DNA of 64,000 bases, from assembly GCA_037441285.1 (NCBI GenBank), contig JBBISL010000004.1, forward strand, positions 32,001-96,000. Reading direction: 5' to 3'. The notes under the pieces are model-generated. The model saw only the letters and a program-made list of their open reading frames with translations, did not search any database and was not told where the DNA came from. A program made the position numbers and the translations under genes. Source of the DNA: a candidate division WOR-3 bacterium. GTDB taxonomy: Bacteria > Hydrothermota > Tepidihabitantia > Tepidihabitantales > Tepidihabitantaceae. Shown here piece after piece: positions 41,681 through 52,600 of the stretch. Every line of letters begins with the position of its first letter. Within the stretch, counting starts at the first letter, position 1.

Positions 41681-43770
41681 AAGTATTTGAGGCCGCCAAG
41701 CAGCTGAACCTCTCCAGCGAGGCGCTGCTGGCACTCCTCAAAGAACTAAACTTGCCGCCCCGCGGTTATACTTCTTACATTACCGAAGATGAATTTGAGG
41801 CGGTCAAACAAAAACTGCGGAAAGAAAAACACCAGTTCAAAGAATCCATCCGTCGCCGGAAATCTTCTGAAGCATCAGCCCTAAACACAAAAAAAATCGA
41901 CGAAAAAGAAATCAATCAAAACATTAAACAAACTCTGATAAAAGTTCACGGCCGAGATAAAAAGAAGCAAAAGACTCCTCGGGAGGAACTAAAACGTCAA
42001 CCGAGCGAACCAAAAACATCTACCGCGGTCAAGGTTACTCCCTATATGACCGTCACCGAACTGGCGCACGCCTTCAACATCCCAGTTTCGGAGATTATTA
42101 AAAAGTGCTTAGCCATCGGATTGCGCGCCACCGTTAACCACCGCCTCGACCTCGATACCATTATGTTGATTGCCGACGAATTCAAAATCGCAGTTCAACA
42201 AGAAGAAGAAATCGAAAAACCAATAGAGCGGTGTGATTTTCGACCTCGCCCGCCCGTCGTTGTTGTTATGGGCCATGTTGACCACGGGAAAACCGCACTG
42301 CTTGATTACATCCGAAAAACAAAAGTTGCCGAGCAAGAAGTCGGCAGAATAACCCAGCACATTGGAGCTTATGTTGCTCACTACGGAGACAAGCAAATCG
42401 TTTTTTTGGATACACCGGGCCACGAAGCGTTCACCGCCATGCGGGCGCGCGGCGCCCAGGTCACCGACATTGCTGTCCTCGTCGTTGCGGCTGATGAAGG
42501 CATTATGCCCCAGACTCTTGAAGCCCTTGACCATGCTCGGGCGGCCGGTGTTCCGATTATTGTTGCCATAACTAAATGTGACCTGCCGACGGCAAATCCG
42601 GACCGGGTAAAAAGTCAACTCGCCAATTATAATGTGAGGGTAGAAGAGTACGGCGGTCATACAGTATGCATCGAAACCTCATCAGTGACCGGTCAGGGAA
42701 TTGAGGCATTACTTGACGCAATCGCAGTGGTCAGCCTGGAAATGAATCTTCAGGCGCCCTACGATGGACCAGCCCGCGGCGTGGTGATTGAAGCTCGGGT
42801 TGACCGTGGTCGTGGTAACATTGCTACCGTATTGATCCAAGAAGGCACATTAAAACGCGGTGACCCCTTTGTTGCCGGCGAGCACTATGGAAGAGTCCGC
42901 GATATGCTTAACGAAGCATTTATCTCCCAGGAATGCGCCACACCGTCCATCCCCGTACAGGTTCTTGGATTTTCGGGATTACCTCAAGCCGGTGACCGCT
43001 TTGAGGTTGTTGAAGATGAACGTACCGCCCGCGAAATTGCCCGGCGTCGCCTTCTGGCAAAACGGGACCGCATCATTGCCGCCAGCAAACCTAAGGTGTC
43101 CCTCGAGGCACTTCAGGACCAGATTGCCAAAGGTCAGGTCAAAGAGTTAAAAATTGTCCTTAAGACTGATGTATCTGGCTCCGCTGAGGCGCTCAAAGAT
43201 GCCCTCGAAGGCTTGTCCCTGGATGAAGTAAAAGTAAAAGTCATCCACTCTGGCGTGGGACCCATAACCCAGAACGATGTCCTTTTAGCCCAGGCATCTG
43301 AAGCAATTGTCATCGGTTTCAATGTGCGTCCTCTCGCCGACGCCCGCCAATTTGCCGAGCGGGAAGGGGTCGAAATTCGTACCTATCGGATAATTTATGC
43401 GGCAATCGATGATGTCCGGGCAGCAATGTTAGGCATGCTCGAACCGGAACAGAAAGAGGTAGTATTAGGTAGAGCCGAAGTTCGGCAGATATTCTCCGCA
43501 CCGCGTATCGGCTTAATTGCCGGTTCATTTGTAACCGAAGGCAAAGTGGTCCGCGGTGCTTTGGTTCGGGTCATCCGTCAGAACAAAACAATTTTTGCCA
43601 GCGAAGTGGTATCGTTACGGCGTTTCAAAGATGATGTCAAGGAGGTTGCCACCGGCTATGAATGCGGTATTGGTATCAAAGATGCAACCGACCTCCAGGA
43701 AGGGGACATTCTCGAATTTTACCAAATTGAAGAAGTAAAGCGCGGGGCCAGCGCCTCGAATGAACGGTAA
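41668..43770 (+). CDS. infB: Translation initiation factor IF-2
   Basis: [44 protein letters not shown]. Confidence 0.98.
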   Translation: MVKLKVFEAAKQLNLSSEALLALLKELNLPPRGYTSYITEDEFEAVKQKLRKEKHQFKESIRRRKSSEASALNTKKIDEKEINQNIKQTLIKVHGRDKKKQKTPREELKRQPSEPKTSTAVKVTPYMTVTELAHAFNIPVSEIIKKCLAIGLRATVNHRLDLDTIMLIADEFKIAVQQEEEIEKPIERCDFRPRPPVVVVMGHVDHGKTALLDYIRKTKVAEQEVGRITQHIGAYVAHYGDKQIVFLDTPGHEAFTAMRARGAQVTDIAVLVVAADEGIMPQTLEALDHARAAGVPIIVAITKCDLPTANPDRVKSQLANYNVRVEEYGGHTVCIETSSVTGQGIEALLDAIAVVSLEMNLQAPYDGPARGVVIEARVDRGRGNIATVLIQEGTLKRGDPFVAGEHYGRVRDMLNEAFISQECATPSIPVQVLGFSGLPQAGDRFEVVEDERTAREIARRRLLAKRDRIIAASKPKVSLEALQDQIAKGQVKELKIVLKTDVSGSAEALKDALEGLSLDEVKVKVIHSGVGPITQNDVLLAQASEAIVIGFNVRPLADARQFAEREGVEIRTYRIIYAAIDDVRAAMLGMLEPEQKEVVLGRAEVRQIFSAPRIGLIAGSFVTEGKVVRGALVRVIRQNKTIFASEVVSLRRFKDDVKEVATGYECGIGIKDATDLQEGDILEFYQIEEVKRGASASNER

Positions 43771-43796
43771 AGTTGACCGCTCAGTACAGTTAACAG

Positions 43797-44081
43797 ATGA
43801 GTGTTGGTTTATTACTTGTTGACTGCTTTCTGGGAAACAGTTTTTCTCTAAAAGAAAAGCGGCGCGTACTGTCCAGCCTAACCGCCCACCTCCGTCGTTA
43901 CTACAATATCGCACTTTGTGAGGTCGAATACCAGAACCAGTGGCAACGTGCTAAGTTGGCAATTGTTTTCGTTAATACCGATTGGCAAATGGTACTCCAG
44001 AATGCGCAAAAAATCATCACGCAGATTGAACAGGATGGCCGGGTCAGCGTATTGAACTCGGAAATGACGCGGCTTCGTTAA
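43797..44081 (+). CDS. DUF503 (YlxP-like) protein
   Basis: SLKEKRRV, EVEYQNQWQR; typical position after infB. Confidence 0.88.
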   Translation: MSVGLLLVDCFLGNSFSLKEKRRVLSSLTAHLRRYYNIALCEVEYQNQWQRAKLAIVFVNTDWQMVLQNAQKIITQIEQDGRVSVLNSEMTRLR

Positions 44082-44860
44082 CGCAAAAACAACAAAACTG
44101 CAAGACCAACGAACCAGCAGTAAATTCCAAACAAAAAGAACCAGCGACTAAGTACCAAACGCCGCAGCAACAAAATCATGAAAAAACCGGCTACACCAGC
44201 TGTAATAATCCCAAGTATAACCGGTCCAAGGGCAATAACCGAAAAGTCAAAATGGAGTAGTTCAAAGACCGCCGCCCCTACCGTAATCGGTATTGCCAGA
44301 AGGAATGAAAATTCAAATGCTTCATACCGCCTAATGCCTAACAGTAATGCCAGACCGATTGTTGTTCCCGAACGCGAAATTGCCGGCAATAGCGCCGTTG
44401 CTTGAATCGTTCCGATCAGCAGCGCTTCTCCCCAGTTAATAGATTTATCCCGGTTGGGAGCAAATCGTGTTGCCAAAAGCAAAAGCCCGTTGAGGCAGAA
44501 AAACCACCCAATTGCCTTGGAACTGGTAAAAATGTTTTCAACAAATTTACCAAATAGCAGACCGACAATAACCGCCGGCAAAGAGCTTACAAGCACCATA
44601 AATACCAGCTGCTGACTCTGACTGCGCTGCGCGGGCTCGATTGCAAACAACCCCCGGATAATATCTGATAGTTTTGGGGCAAAGAATACAATGAGCGCGA
44701 CCGCTGTACCAAGATGAAGTGCCGCGGTCAAATTGACCCTGATGTGTTCTGGAATGTTCCACAGATACTCTAAAACTGCTAAATGGCCATCGCTCGAAAC
44801 CGGCAGGATTTCCGTAACCCCTTGCACTAACCCCACTACCAAGCTTTCTAACCACCGCAT
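44078..44860 (-). CDS. uppP: Undecaprenyl-diphosphatase
   Basis: GLVQGVTEILPVSSDGHL, HLGT, PAISRSGTTI, FSFLL. Confidence 0.93.
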   Translation of the reverse strand: MRWLESLVVGLVQGVTEILPVSSDGHLAVLEYLWNIPEHIRVNLTAALHLGTAVALIVFFAPKLSDIIRGLFAIEPAQRSQSQQLVFMVLVSSLPAVIVGLLFGKFVENIFTSSKAIGWFFCLNGLLLLATRFAPNRDKSINWGEALLIGTIQATALLPAISRSGTTIGLALLLGIRRYEAFEFSFLLAIPITVGAAVFELLHFDFSVIALGPVILGIITAGVAGFFMILLLRRLVLSRWFFLFGIYCWFVGLAVLLFLR

Positions 44861-46537
44861 CTAAAAACCGGCTCCAAAGCTAAAATGAACCTTACCCTGT
44901 CCGATACTTTTCCCCCAGCCCAACCCGTAATCAAGTCCCACAACACCGACTTTTGTCTGCCACCTTCCACCCACTCCGTACCCCGCAAGCCACTGATAAC
45001 CGCCCATCAAATTTTGAAACACTCCGGTATCGAAAAAAAACTGCACCCGGGTCAGCGTTGAAAAGTTGTACCTTAACTCACAATTCCACCAGCCTGTTTT
45101 AGGAGTAACATAGGCGCCTTCGCGATATCCGCGAACGCTTAAAATCCCACCCACCTGGTAAAACTCGGGAACACTCAAATCGTAGCGAGCAAATGCGGTT
45201 CGAGCCGCAAAATGGTTGACAAGTACAAAGTTACCCACAAGCGGGACAGCAGGCTCGAAATCTAACTCTAACTTTGTTATCACATCCTCTTTTTCACCAC
45301 TCCTCCGTTGGCCAGCGCGGCTAAAAAGCCTTGCCCAGAAGCCGCTTCGGTTATTAACCACCCGGTCCCGATAGTCAACAATCAAACCGCTTCCCAGCCA
45401 GCGGGTCGTATTGCTCTCGGTCCCTGCTATTCGGTCAAACCCTGCCCCAACACTGAAACTCGCGTTTCCAGTAGTATATGTCCCGGTAACAGATATTGTG
45501 GTAAAGGAATAACTAGTGTCAAGGACATTATGTTCAACGCCTCCCTGCAGCTCAACCGGTAAACGAAAAACCCAGGGTTCCGAATAATTCAAATTGTAAT
45601 AACTATATCCGCGGAACGAACGCCATTCACCCTCAACCTTTCTTCCCGAGTTCATCAAATTTAAAAGCCGCAACTTTACCCATCCCGTCCAGTACCGCTC
45701 CTCAGACAGATAGCCTGCGCTACCGAAAACTTCACCGCTACGATAAGCAGAAATCCAGTAGCGCAACCCATAATCACCTTCGCGTCTCATTACAATATCC
45801 TGACTATCAACTACCACCCACCCGCTCTTTTCTAAACCCCGGCGCCAATTAACAACAACCCGTGGGGAGTAGGGCACATATTGTTTAAACCCGGTATACC
45901 GAATTAATAATGAATCAGAATTTAGCAAGTTACCGCCAAAAGTTATAAATTTTACTATTACTCTTGGACCGGTATCCACCGAAATGATAGGAAAAAGAAA
46001 TCCAGCAGTTTCGCCAATGCCGGCAACACTTACCGATACCCAGGGAAAACCAGCATCACGGTATGCCCTTGCTATTTTCTCTTCCAGTTTATTTATCACC
46101 TTGGCGGTTATAATCGTGCCCCGGGAAGGCAAACCAGCCAGTGGTATTGTAATAACCTTTGACCCGCCTTCAAAAGACCAGCCACCTAATCGCGCCCTCT
46201 TTACACTATCAACCTGATATGTTACCGCCACCCCATTTTCATTTATGGCGGTTTCTACAGTTACTTCATTCGGCCAGAAACCCCGGTCAAACAACTGGCG
46301 TCGGATATGTTCCTTGCCGGCTTCAATTATTTCACCGTTAACACTTTCCCCCACTTCAAAACCGGGTGAAATTCCCCGGGGCAACCCTTTACCCTTGATT
46401 GACAAAGAAACCACCCATTGACTCATTCCCAAAACCGAATCTCCACCCAGAAATTCGAAGATAAAAACCAGTAATAAACTGCGGCTAACTGATAAATAAG
46501 TACTGACGCCAATCCTCCGGAATATCTCCCAGCGCAT
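44861..46537 (-). CDS. Omp85 (BamA/TamA)-family outer-membrane protein
   Basis: POTRA-like YRDAGFPW, NLM.SGR, YSEPW, GG..SVRGY, FFDTG, terminal F; start uncertain. Confidence 0.82.
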   Translation of the reverse strand: MRWEIFRRIGVSTYLSVSRSLLLVFIFEFLGGDSVLGMSQWVVSLSIKGKGLPRGISPGFEVGESVNGEIIEAGKEHIRRQLFDRGFWPNEVTVETAINENGVAVTYQVDSVKRARLGGWSFEGGSKVITIPLAGLPSRGTIITAKVINKLEEKIARAYRDAGFPWVSVSVAGIGETAGFLFPIISVDTGPRVIVKFITFGGNLLNSDSLLIRYTGFKQYVPYSPRVVVNWRRGLEKSGWVVVDSQDIVMRREGDYGLRYWISAYRSGEVFGSAGYLSEERYWTGWVKLRLLNLMNSGRKVEGEWRSFRGYSYYNLNYSEPWVFRLPVELQGGVEHNVLDTSYSFTTISVTGTYTTGNASFSVGAGFDRIAGTESNTTRWLGSGLIVDYRDRVVNNRSGFWARLFSRAGQRRSGEKEDVITKLELDFEPAVPLVGNFVLVNHFAARTAFARYDLSVPEFYQVGGILSVRGYREGAYVTPKTGWWNCELRYNFSTLTRVQFFFDTGVFQNLMGGYQWLAGYGVGGRWQTKVGVVGLDYGLGWGKSIGQGKVHFSFGAGF

Positions 46538-46988
46538 TCAAAGCAAATGTCACATAGTGCGGCGCCTTGGGCTTACGGCGTAGTTTCATATTTGCCTGTG
46601 CCGGAGTTCGGCTGCCTTTTCGGGCATTGCATTGAGGACAGGCGCAAACCATATTCTCCCAGGAATCAGTACCGCCCAATGCTTTCGGAATCACATGGTC
46701 TGCCGTCATCACTGGTCCGCGTGCACCGCAGTACTGACAGGTGTTATTATCACGGCGCAAGATGTTGCGTTTCGTTAAAGGAACTTCCCGACGCTTAACC
46801 CGCACATAATAGTTCAACCGTAGAACGCTCGGCAGAGGAAAACTCATATTAACCGTATGTAACTCGAGTCCCGAACTCTCAACCGGTTCCGCTTTTCGGG
46901 TTAGAACCAAAACCAGTGCCCGTCTTGTCCGGCAAACCGAAATCGGCTCGTAATTTTGATTCAAAAGCAAAACCGGACGATTTAGCAT
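46485..46988 (-). CDS. HNH endonuclease
   Basis: VLLLNQNYEP, LPSVLRL, RDNNTCQYCG, DHVIP, WENMVCACPQCN.RKG. Confidence 0.92.
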   Translation of the reverse strand: MLNRPVLLLNQNYEPISVCRTRRALVLVLTRKAEPVESSGLELHTVNMSFPLPSVLRLNYYVRVKRREVPLTKRNILRRDNNTCQYCGARGPVMTADHVIPKALGGTDSWENMVCACPQCNARKGSRTPAQANMKLRRKPKAPHYVTFALNALGDIPEDWRQYLFIS

Positions 46989-47003
46989 CTCATCTTTTTA
47001 AAC

Positions 47004-48185
47004 CTACCGGACAAACAACTCCTTGTCAATAGAATTGATACTGTTGTCGATATATTCAATCTGCGCCCGGCCGTAACTGGCTAAACTTGTATCGTTAAGC
47101 GCCTTCTGGTAATAGCCCCGTGCTTCTTCATACAACGCTTTCGCCGCTCGCAGATTGGCGGTTGATGTCTGGGCAAGATTAGTGCCTCGCTTCCCATCCG
47201 CCTGCTTGCGACGATTGTCTCCCAGGTCAACATATGCCTGGAGCAAATTCGGGTCCAGTGCCAGCGCCCGCCGCAGATTCGCATCGGAAGCCCCAAAATT
47301 ACCCTGCTCACTCAACGCCTCGCCCTTATAGAGATAGGCAATCGCAAGAGTTGAGTCACTGGCAATCACCTCATCAAACTTCTTTATCGCCTCCTTCATC
47401 TTGCCCTGACGCGCGAGAATCATCCCCTGTCGCAACTTTACCTGATAATTCGTCGGCTCAATTGTCAAAATCGTATCAATCTGTGCCAGTGCCCCTTTAT
47501 AATCCTTCAACTCAACCATCGCATCAACCAGTTTCGCCCGCAAACTTGTCACCTGAGGAAACCGCGCTGCCAGCGGCTTCAAAGCCTCCACCGCCTCGCG
47601 GTACCTTCCAACTTTATAGAGAAACTCGCCCCAGAGCCTTTGCACCGCCAAATCATCGGGAAAACGTTTCAAAGCGATGCGATAAACTGAATCGGCTTGG
47701 GACATCATTCCTTTCCGCACATAAATATCGGCAACGCCATTGTACAAATCGGCAAGGCTTGAATCCTGCGCCAACCCTTCTTGATAAACCTCCAGCGCAT
47801 CATCGACCCTGCCCATTTCCAGATACATATCACCCAGCGCCTCATAAGCCTTTGCCTTCTTAGGGTCAATTTTCATCGCCTTGCGATAGTACTCCTCTGC
47901 CTGCCCCGCATCCCGTTTTTTCCGCCAGATATTACCAATCGCAATGTACGGGTCGTAATAAAGCGAATCGTAAGCCAGTGCCTGCTCAAAATTCTTGAGC
48001 GCCGATTCAAAATCACCCTGTTGATAATAACCAGCGCCGATACTATAACTTTGCTGTGCCGAATCCCGCCGCGCCTGCAACTGCTCATCGGAAAATTTGG
48101 TAACCGTCTGAGTTGGGGCACATCCTATTTCAAATACCCCCCAAACTAAAAACGCCGCTATTATAAAAATCCCCGCCTTTTTCAT
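47004..48185 (-). CDS. TPR-repeat lipoprotein
   Basis: Lipobox EIGC; many tandem TPR motifs. Confidence 0.85.
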   Translation of the reverse strand: MKKAGIFIIAAFLVWGVFEIGCAPTQTVTKFSDEQLQARRDSAQQSYSIGAGYYQQGDFESALKNFEQALAYDSLYYDPYIAIGNIWRKKRDAGQAEEYYRKAMKIDPKKAKAYEALGDMYLEMGRVDDALEVYQEGLAQDSSLADLYNGVADIYVRKGMMSQADSVYRIALKRFPDDLAVQRLWGEFLYKVGRYREAVEALKPLAARFPQVTSLRAKLVDAMVELKDYKGALAQIDTILTIEPTNYQVKLRQGMILARQGKMKEAIKKFDEVIASDSTLAIAYLYKGEALSEQGNFGASDANLRRALALDPNLLQAYVDLGDNRRKQADGKRGTNLAQTSTANLRAAKALYEEARGYYQKALNDTSLASYGRAQIEYIDNSINSIDKELFVR

Positions 48186-48249
48186 CTCTTACTCCTTATC
48201 CTTTCCTTATATCTTGAACTATCCGTCAAATCCTACCTCTCCCAAACTA

Positions 48250-48322
48250 TGGAGCCGACGGGATTCGAACCCGTGACCTTTTGACTGCCAGTCAAACGCG
48301 CTCCCAACTGCGCCACGGCCCC
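48250..48322 (-). tRNA. tRNA-Ala(GGC), CCA not encoded
   Basis: GGGGCCG/CGGCTCC acceptor with G3-U70, TTTGA-CTGGCAG-TCAAA anticodon arm, TTCGAAT. Confidence 0.96.
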
Positions 48323-48537
48323 AGAATTATAACCGCCATAAACTACACACAGTTTAATCAAACTTTATTAAGTTTTACTCAATTTCCATCAAAAGTCAAG
48401 GTAATAATACCAGTGGTCCTACACCGACATCAAAACAACCTCAATCAATCTTTACAGAAAAGTAGAAACTAAAAATCTGCCGCTAATGCTAAAACAAATC
48501 TCCTCATTGCAAACTATTGCTCCCTGCCTCATTGAAC

Positions 48538-48566
48538 TTGACTAACACAGGTTCTTTGACTACCAT
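48538..48566 (+). promoter_or_regulatory. promoter TTGACT-N17-TACCAT
   Basis: 16 nt upstream of ATG 48583. Confidence 0.45.
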
Positions 48567-48582
48567 TATATGTAATTAAACA

Positions 48583-49161
48583 ATGAGGAAAGGGAATTTT
48601 ACGCCAGTTTACTTTAACCGTCCCGGTGGCAAAAATACCGCTCAAACCATCACCCTTGCCTTAAACCGCGCCCGGGAACTGAATATCAAACACATTGTTG
48701 TCGCCTCCACCACCGGCAAGACCGCGCTTGCGCTTCTCCGTCAGACAAAAAATCGGTTCAACATCGTCTGCGTGACCCATCATTGCGGTTTTGCCGAACC
48801 CGGTAAATCAGAACTTTCACCAACCATCGAGGCGAAACTGAAAACTCCCGGAGTCTCAGTTTTACGAACTACCCATCTCTTTGCCGGAGTTGACCGTGCC
48901 CTGCGCCTCAAATTCGGCGGCGCGTACCCGGCAGAAATCGTCGCCAGTACATACCGGACCCTGGGCGAAGGTATTAAGGTGGCGGTGGAAATTGCGGTTA
49001 TGGCACTTGATGCCGGCATTGTTCCCTATGGTAAAGACCTGATCAGCATTGCCGGCACCGGAACCGGTGCTGACACCGCCATCGTTATCCAGCCCGTCCA
49101 TTCCAACCGCTTCTTTGAAACCAGGGTAAAAGAAATTATCTGCAAACCAAGAAATTTTTAA
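48583..49161 (+). CDS. Stand-alone pyruvate kinase C-terminal-like protein (MTH1675-like)
   Basis: YF..PG..NT, IVVASTTG.TA, VTHHCGF, G.KVAVEI.VMA.DAG, GADTA, EIICKPR. Confidence 0.8.
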   Translation: MRKGNFTPVYFNRPGGKNTAQTITLALNRARELNIKHIVVASTTGKTALALLRQTKNRFNIVCVTHHCGFAEPGKSELSPTIEAKLKTPGVSVLRTTHLFAGVDRALRLKFGGAYPAEIVASTYRTLGEGIKVAVEIAVMALDAGIVPYGKDLISIAGTGTGADTAIVIQPVHSNRFFETRVKEIICKPRNF

Positions 49162-49173
49162 GAGGAGTTCATT

Positions 49174-49611
49174 ATGAGTGAATGCCCTTTTTGCGCGATT
49201 GTTGCTGGTAAGGCACCCTGCCGTAAAGTTTACGAAGACGAACACACCCTGGGTTTTCTTGACCTTTATCCAATTTCCCGGGGCCACTGTCTTGTCATCA
49301 CCAAAAAGCATATCCGCTGGTTTACCGACATCCAACCCCAGGATAACATCGCCGGGCCCTTTCTCCGTGCCTGCTATCTTGTTGCCCGCAAAGTTAAAAA
49401 CGCCTTTGATTGCGAACACATCACAATGATCATCCGCGGTACGAGAGTGCCCCATCTCCATATGTTAATTGTCCCAACTATCAAAAATGAAGAGAGCATT
49501 CTTGACAAAACGCTCAACCTCCACCATTTCTGTCAGTCACGCCTGAAACCACAGTTTTCTGAAGCCGAACTGGATGCCATCGCCGAAAAAATAAGGGTTT
49601 CCCCGGTATAA
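49174..49611 (+). CDS. HIT family protein
   Basis: CPFCAI, VYEDE..LGFLD.YP..GHCLVI.K.H, VPHLHM. Confidence 0.85.
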   Translation: MSECPFCAIVAGKAPCRKVYEDEHTLGFLDLYPISRGHCLVITKKHIRWFTDIQPQDNIAGPFLRACYLVARKVKNAFDCEHITMIIRGTRVPHLHMLIVPTIKNEESILDKTLNLHHFCQSRLKPQFSEAELDAIAEKIRVSPV

Positions 49612-49628
49612 AACTTTTCTTATAAAAT

Positions 49629-49660
49629 GCGGGGCGGTGATCCGCCCCGCTTCATTGTTT
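49629..49660. terminator. Intrinsic terminator between convergent genes
   Basis: GCGGGGCGG-TGAT-CCGCCCCGC hairpin flanked by A- and T-rich tracts. Confidence 0.8.
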
Positions 49661-49680
49661 ACCTCAGTCGCTTGCCCGCG

Positions 49681-52600
49681 CTATTCCACAACCAGTTTCC
49701 GGGTTACGGTGGATTTACCAACCAGTTTCACAAGATAGACACCGCTGGGCAACATCCCAAGGTTCACCATCGCCTGTTCCTTCCCCAGCGGCTGAGAAAA
49801 CACCATCCTGCCAGTCGCATCAAAAATCTGCAGCCGCATTCCTGCCGTCGCACCGGAAATGAACAGCACACCTTTACCGCGTACCGGATTGGGCGCAATG
49901 GTCAGCGAACCAGACATTTCTTGTATCGTTCCCATTACCCCCTTCCTGTCCGGGGAATCAGCAAAGAGCGTATCGGCGGTAACATAGCACCACAACTCCG
50001 GCGTCTTATTGCCTTTCAGGGCAAAGAAAATCCCGTCCTCATAAAGAACAATGTCGCCACCGCCTTTCACCCGCTTTTTCCTTCCGGTCGAGCCAACCGA
50101 TGGCATCGTATCCAGTTCCACCCAGGAGTCACCCAGCGCATCATAACGCCAGAACTCACAGGTGTTGCCACCTTTAAGCGCATAGATTGCATCGTTATAC
50201 CAGGCACCGGAACTGCCATCCTTACATTTCTTGGTCTTCCCTAACTTCCCGACAAAAGGCATCCCCGACAGCGGTTGACTGAACCAGGTATCAGCCAGAA
50301 CATCGTACCTCCACAACTCGTGCACCTTGGCTTTGTGCGCATAAATATAAAACTCATTTTGTCCTGGTCGCGCGTTATAAACCATCCAGGAACCCCGGTC
50401 CCATCTCCTGCCGGTCGCAGTCACTGGTGCCGGTGCCCTGGTCTCCCATACACCGGAAACGGTGTTGAACCGGTAAAACTCATCGGTATAACCTTTCAGA
50501 AGGTAAACATAACCGGTATCGGTATGGGGCCTTTTGATATAAACCATATCCGCGCCGGCTTTCACCCGTTTACCACTTGAACCCAGCGGTACATTCTCCA
50601 GCTGTAGCCAGGTGTCAAGTTCTACATTGTAAGCCCAGAACCCCAAGGTGTTGTTACCCTTGGTGGCATAAATATAGTCACCGCCCGCAACCCCGACTGA
50701 TGCGCGCCGCGGTGGTCTGCCTTCGGCACCCAAAGGCATCGGCTGTAACTGATGCCAGGTGTCGGCTAATGGGTCATAAAGGTAAAAGTCGCCCACCTTG
50801 TTACCTTTAAGCACAAACAGACAGCGTGTCCCGCTTACCCGCATTTGAGTCAGCCATCCCCCATCACTTACCCCTTTATTAGAAGGTGCCAGCGGCACCT
50901 GACTAACCTCTTGCCAGCCATAGGGCCAATGAGGAATACGCCGCACCACGAAATCGGCGCTGCGCACATCGTTGCCCGGAAATGTATCATTGCTACAGAA
51001 TGTTGAACACCGGACGGTCCAGGTTCCAGGTACACCACCAACCGAATACACCGGGAAGGTAATAATCGTGTCCCTTTGACCGGCAAGACCGGTTATTGGT
51101 AGCGATTCGTTGTAGACGAGCGTGCCCGCAGCATCAAACATCGTGAAATAGGCACTGAAATCTGCTGGGTTATCTCCGCGATTCCACCAGCGCGCCCGCG
51201 GTGTGACCACCGCGCCACTATCAATTGTACCACTGGGCGCTTGAATCTGAAACATCTCGATGTCGGTGGTGTAAACTGTAAAATTTCCTTCCTGCACATC
51301 GTTCGTTGAGTTTTTATCCGGGATTGCGGTGGTTGAGCAGCGCACTGTCCATTGCCCGGCATCATTCACTACAAAATCGGGAAAGACCAGGGTGCTTTCA
51401 ACACCCGGTGCTAAACCGGCAACATTGAGTGATTCCGAATAAACCCGATTGCCTGAGGGGTTGATGAGGAAACAGAACAACCAAAAGTCCACACTATTGT
51501 TAGCCCCGAAATTGCGACAGACCACCCGGGGCGTTACGGTAGTTCCCGGCATTATCAATCCTGATGGTGATAGAATCGAAGACACCCCGGCGTCAACCAG
51601 CTCGCCCCGGATGTAATACACATCGTTGTCACCGTCGTAATTGTCATACCAGACAATATGCAGGTCATCAAACTCGCCCGCGGCTAAAGCCGGATAGTAA
51701 AGACCGGTCTGAGCCCGATTGGTCAACTGCATCACCTCGCCCCAGTTGCCCGCCTGCTTCTGCCGGCACAGGATTTCGAACCGGGTAGGCGAGATTTCGG
51801 TATAACCCCGCCAAACAACACTAATTACACCATCAACCTCGGAAACAACCGGGTCGTATTGATTACCATTGGTATAGGTACTTACAATTTCGGTTGTCCC
51901 CCAGCCCGACCCGGTTTTTGTCCGATAAAACACCCGGTCGTAAGTAGAACCTGAAACATCGCCATTCCAGACCACATAAACCGTTGAACCGTCGCTGTTC
52001 ACCGCCACCACCGGTGCGAACATATCGGCATTTGCGTTGACATCGGACACCTGCTCAATATCCCGCCATGTGCCACTACCGCTGCGCCAGCGATAAAAAA
52101 CCTGCCAGTAACCAGCCACCTTTTTCCGCCAGACAACATAGACGCTATCTGCCCGGTCAACCGCAACCGACGCCTGCATACTTGAATCGCTCGGGAAGTT
52201 ATCAACAATAGTAACAGCACTCCACCCGGTACCAGGGGTGTACTCAATATGTTTGATTCGGTAATAAGTCGGGTTCGAAGCATCTCTGCCATACCAGACG
52301 ATATGGACATTGTTGCCGCCGGGGCGACAGGCAATTGATGGATAGTAGTTAAGATGAGTGCCGCCGGGGTTGTAAAGATAAACCGAATCTCCCCAGGTGC
52401 CCGTTGCAACATTCCACCTTTTATACCATATCCCGTAGTAAGGCGATGTTGAATGATACCAGGTAATATGGACATTACCCGAATCGTCACAGGCAACCGC
52501 TGGACGATAAACCGCAACCGATTGATTGGTCACCTGCGTAATTGGACCCCAGCTGCCACTTGCTCTTGACCATTTTCGATAAAAAACCTGGTTGCTGCCG

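Noticed and set aside
46485..46988. HNH gene as homing endonuclease or defence system
   Set aside because: It looks like the widespread small chromosomal HNH type; no intron, methylase or defence neighbours
47234..50244. Long alternative ORFs (47234-47863, 48862-49461, 49627-50244) and similar ones across the window
   Set aside because: Antisense or off-frame shadows of well-supported genes
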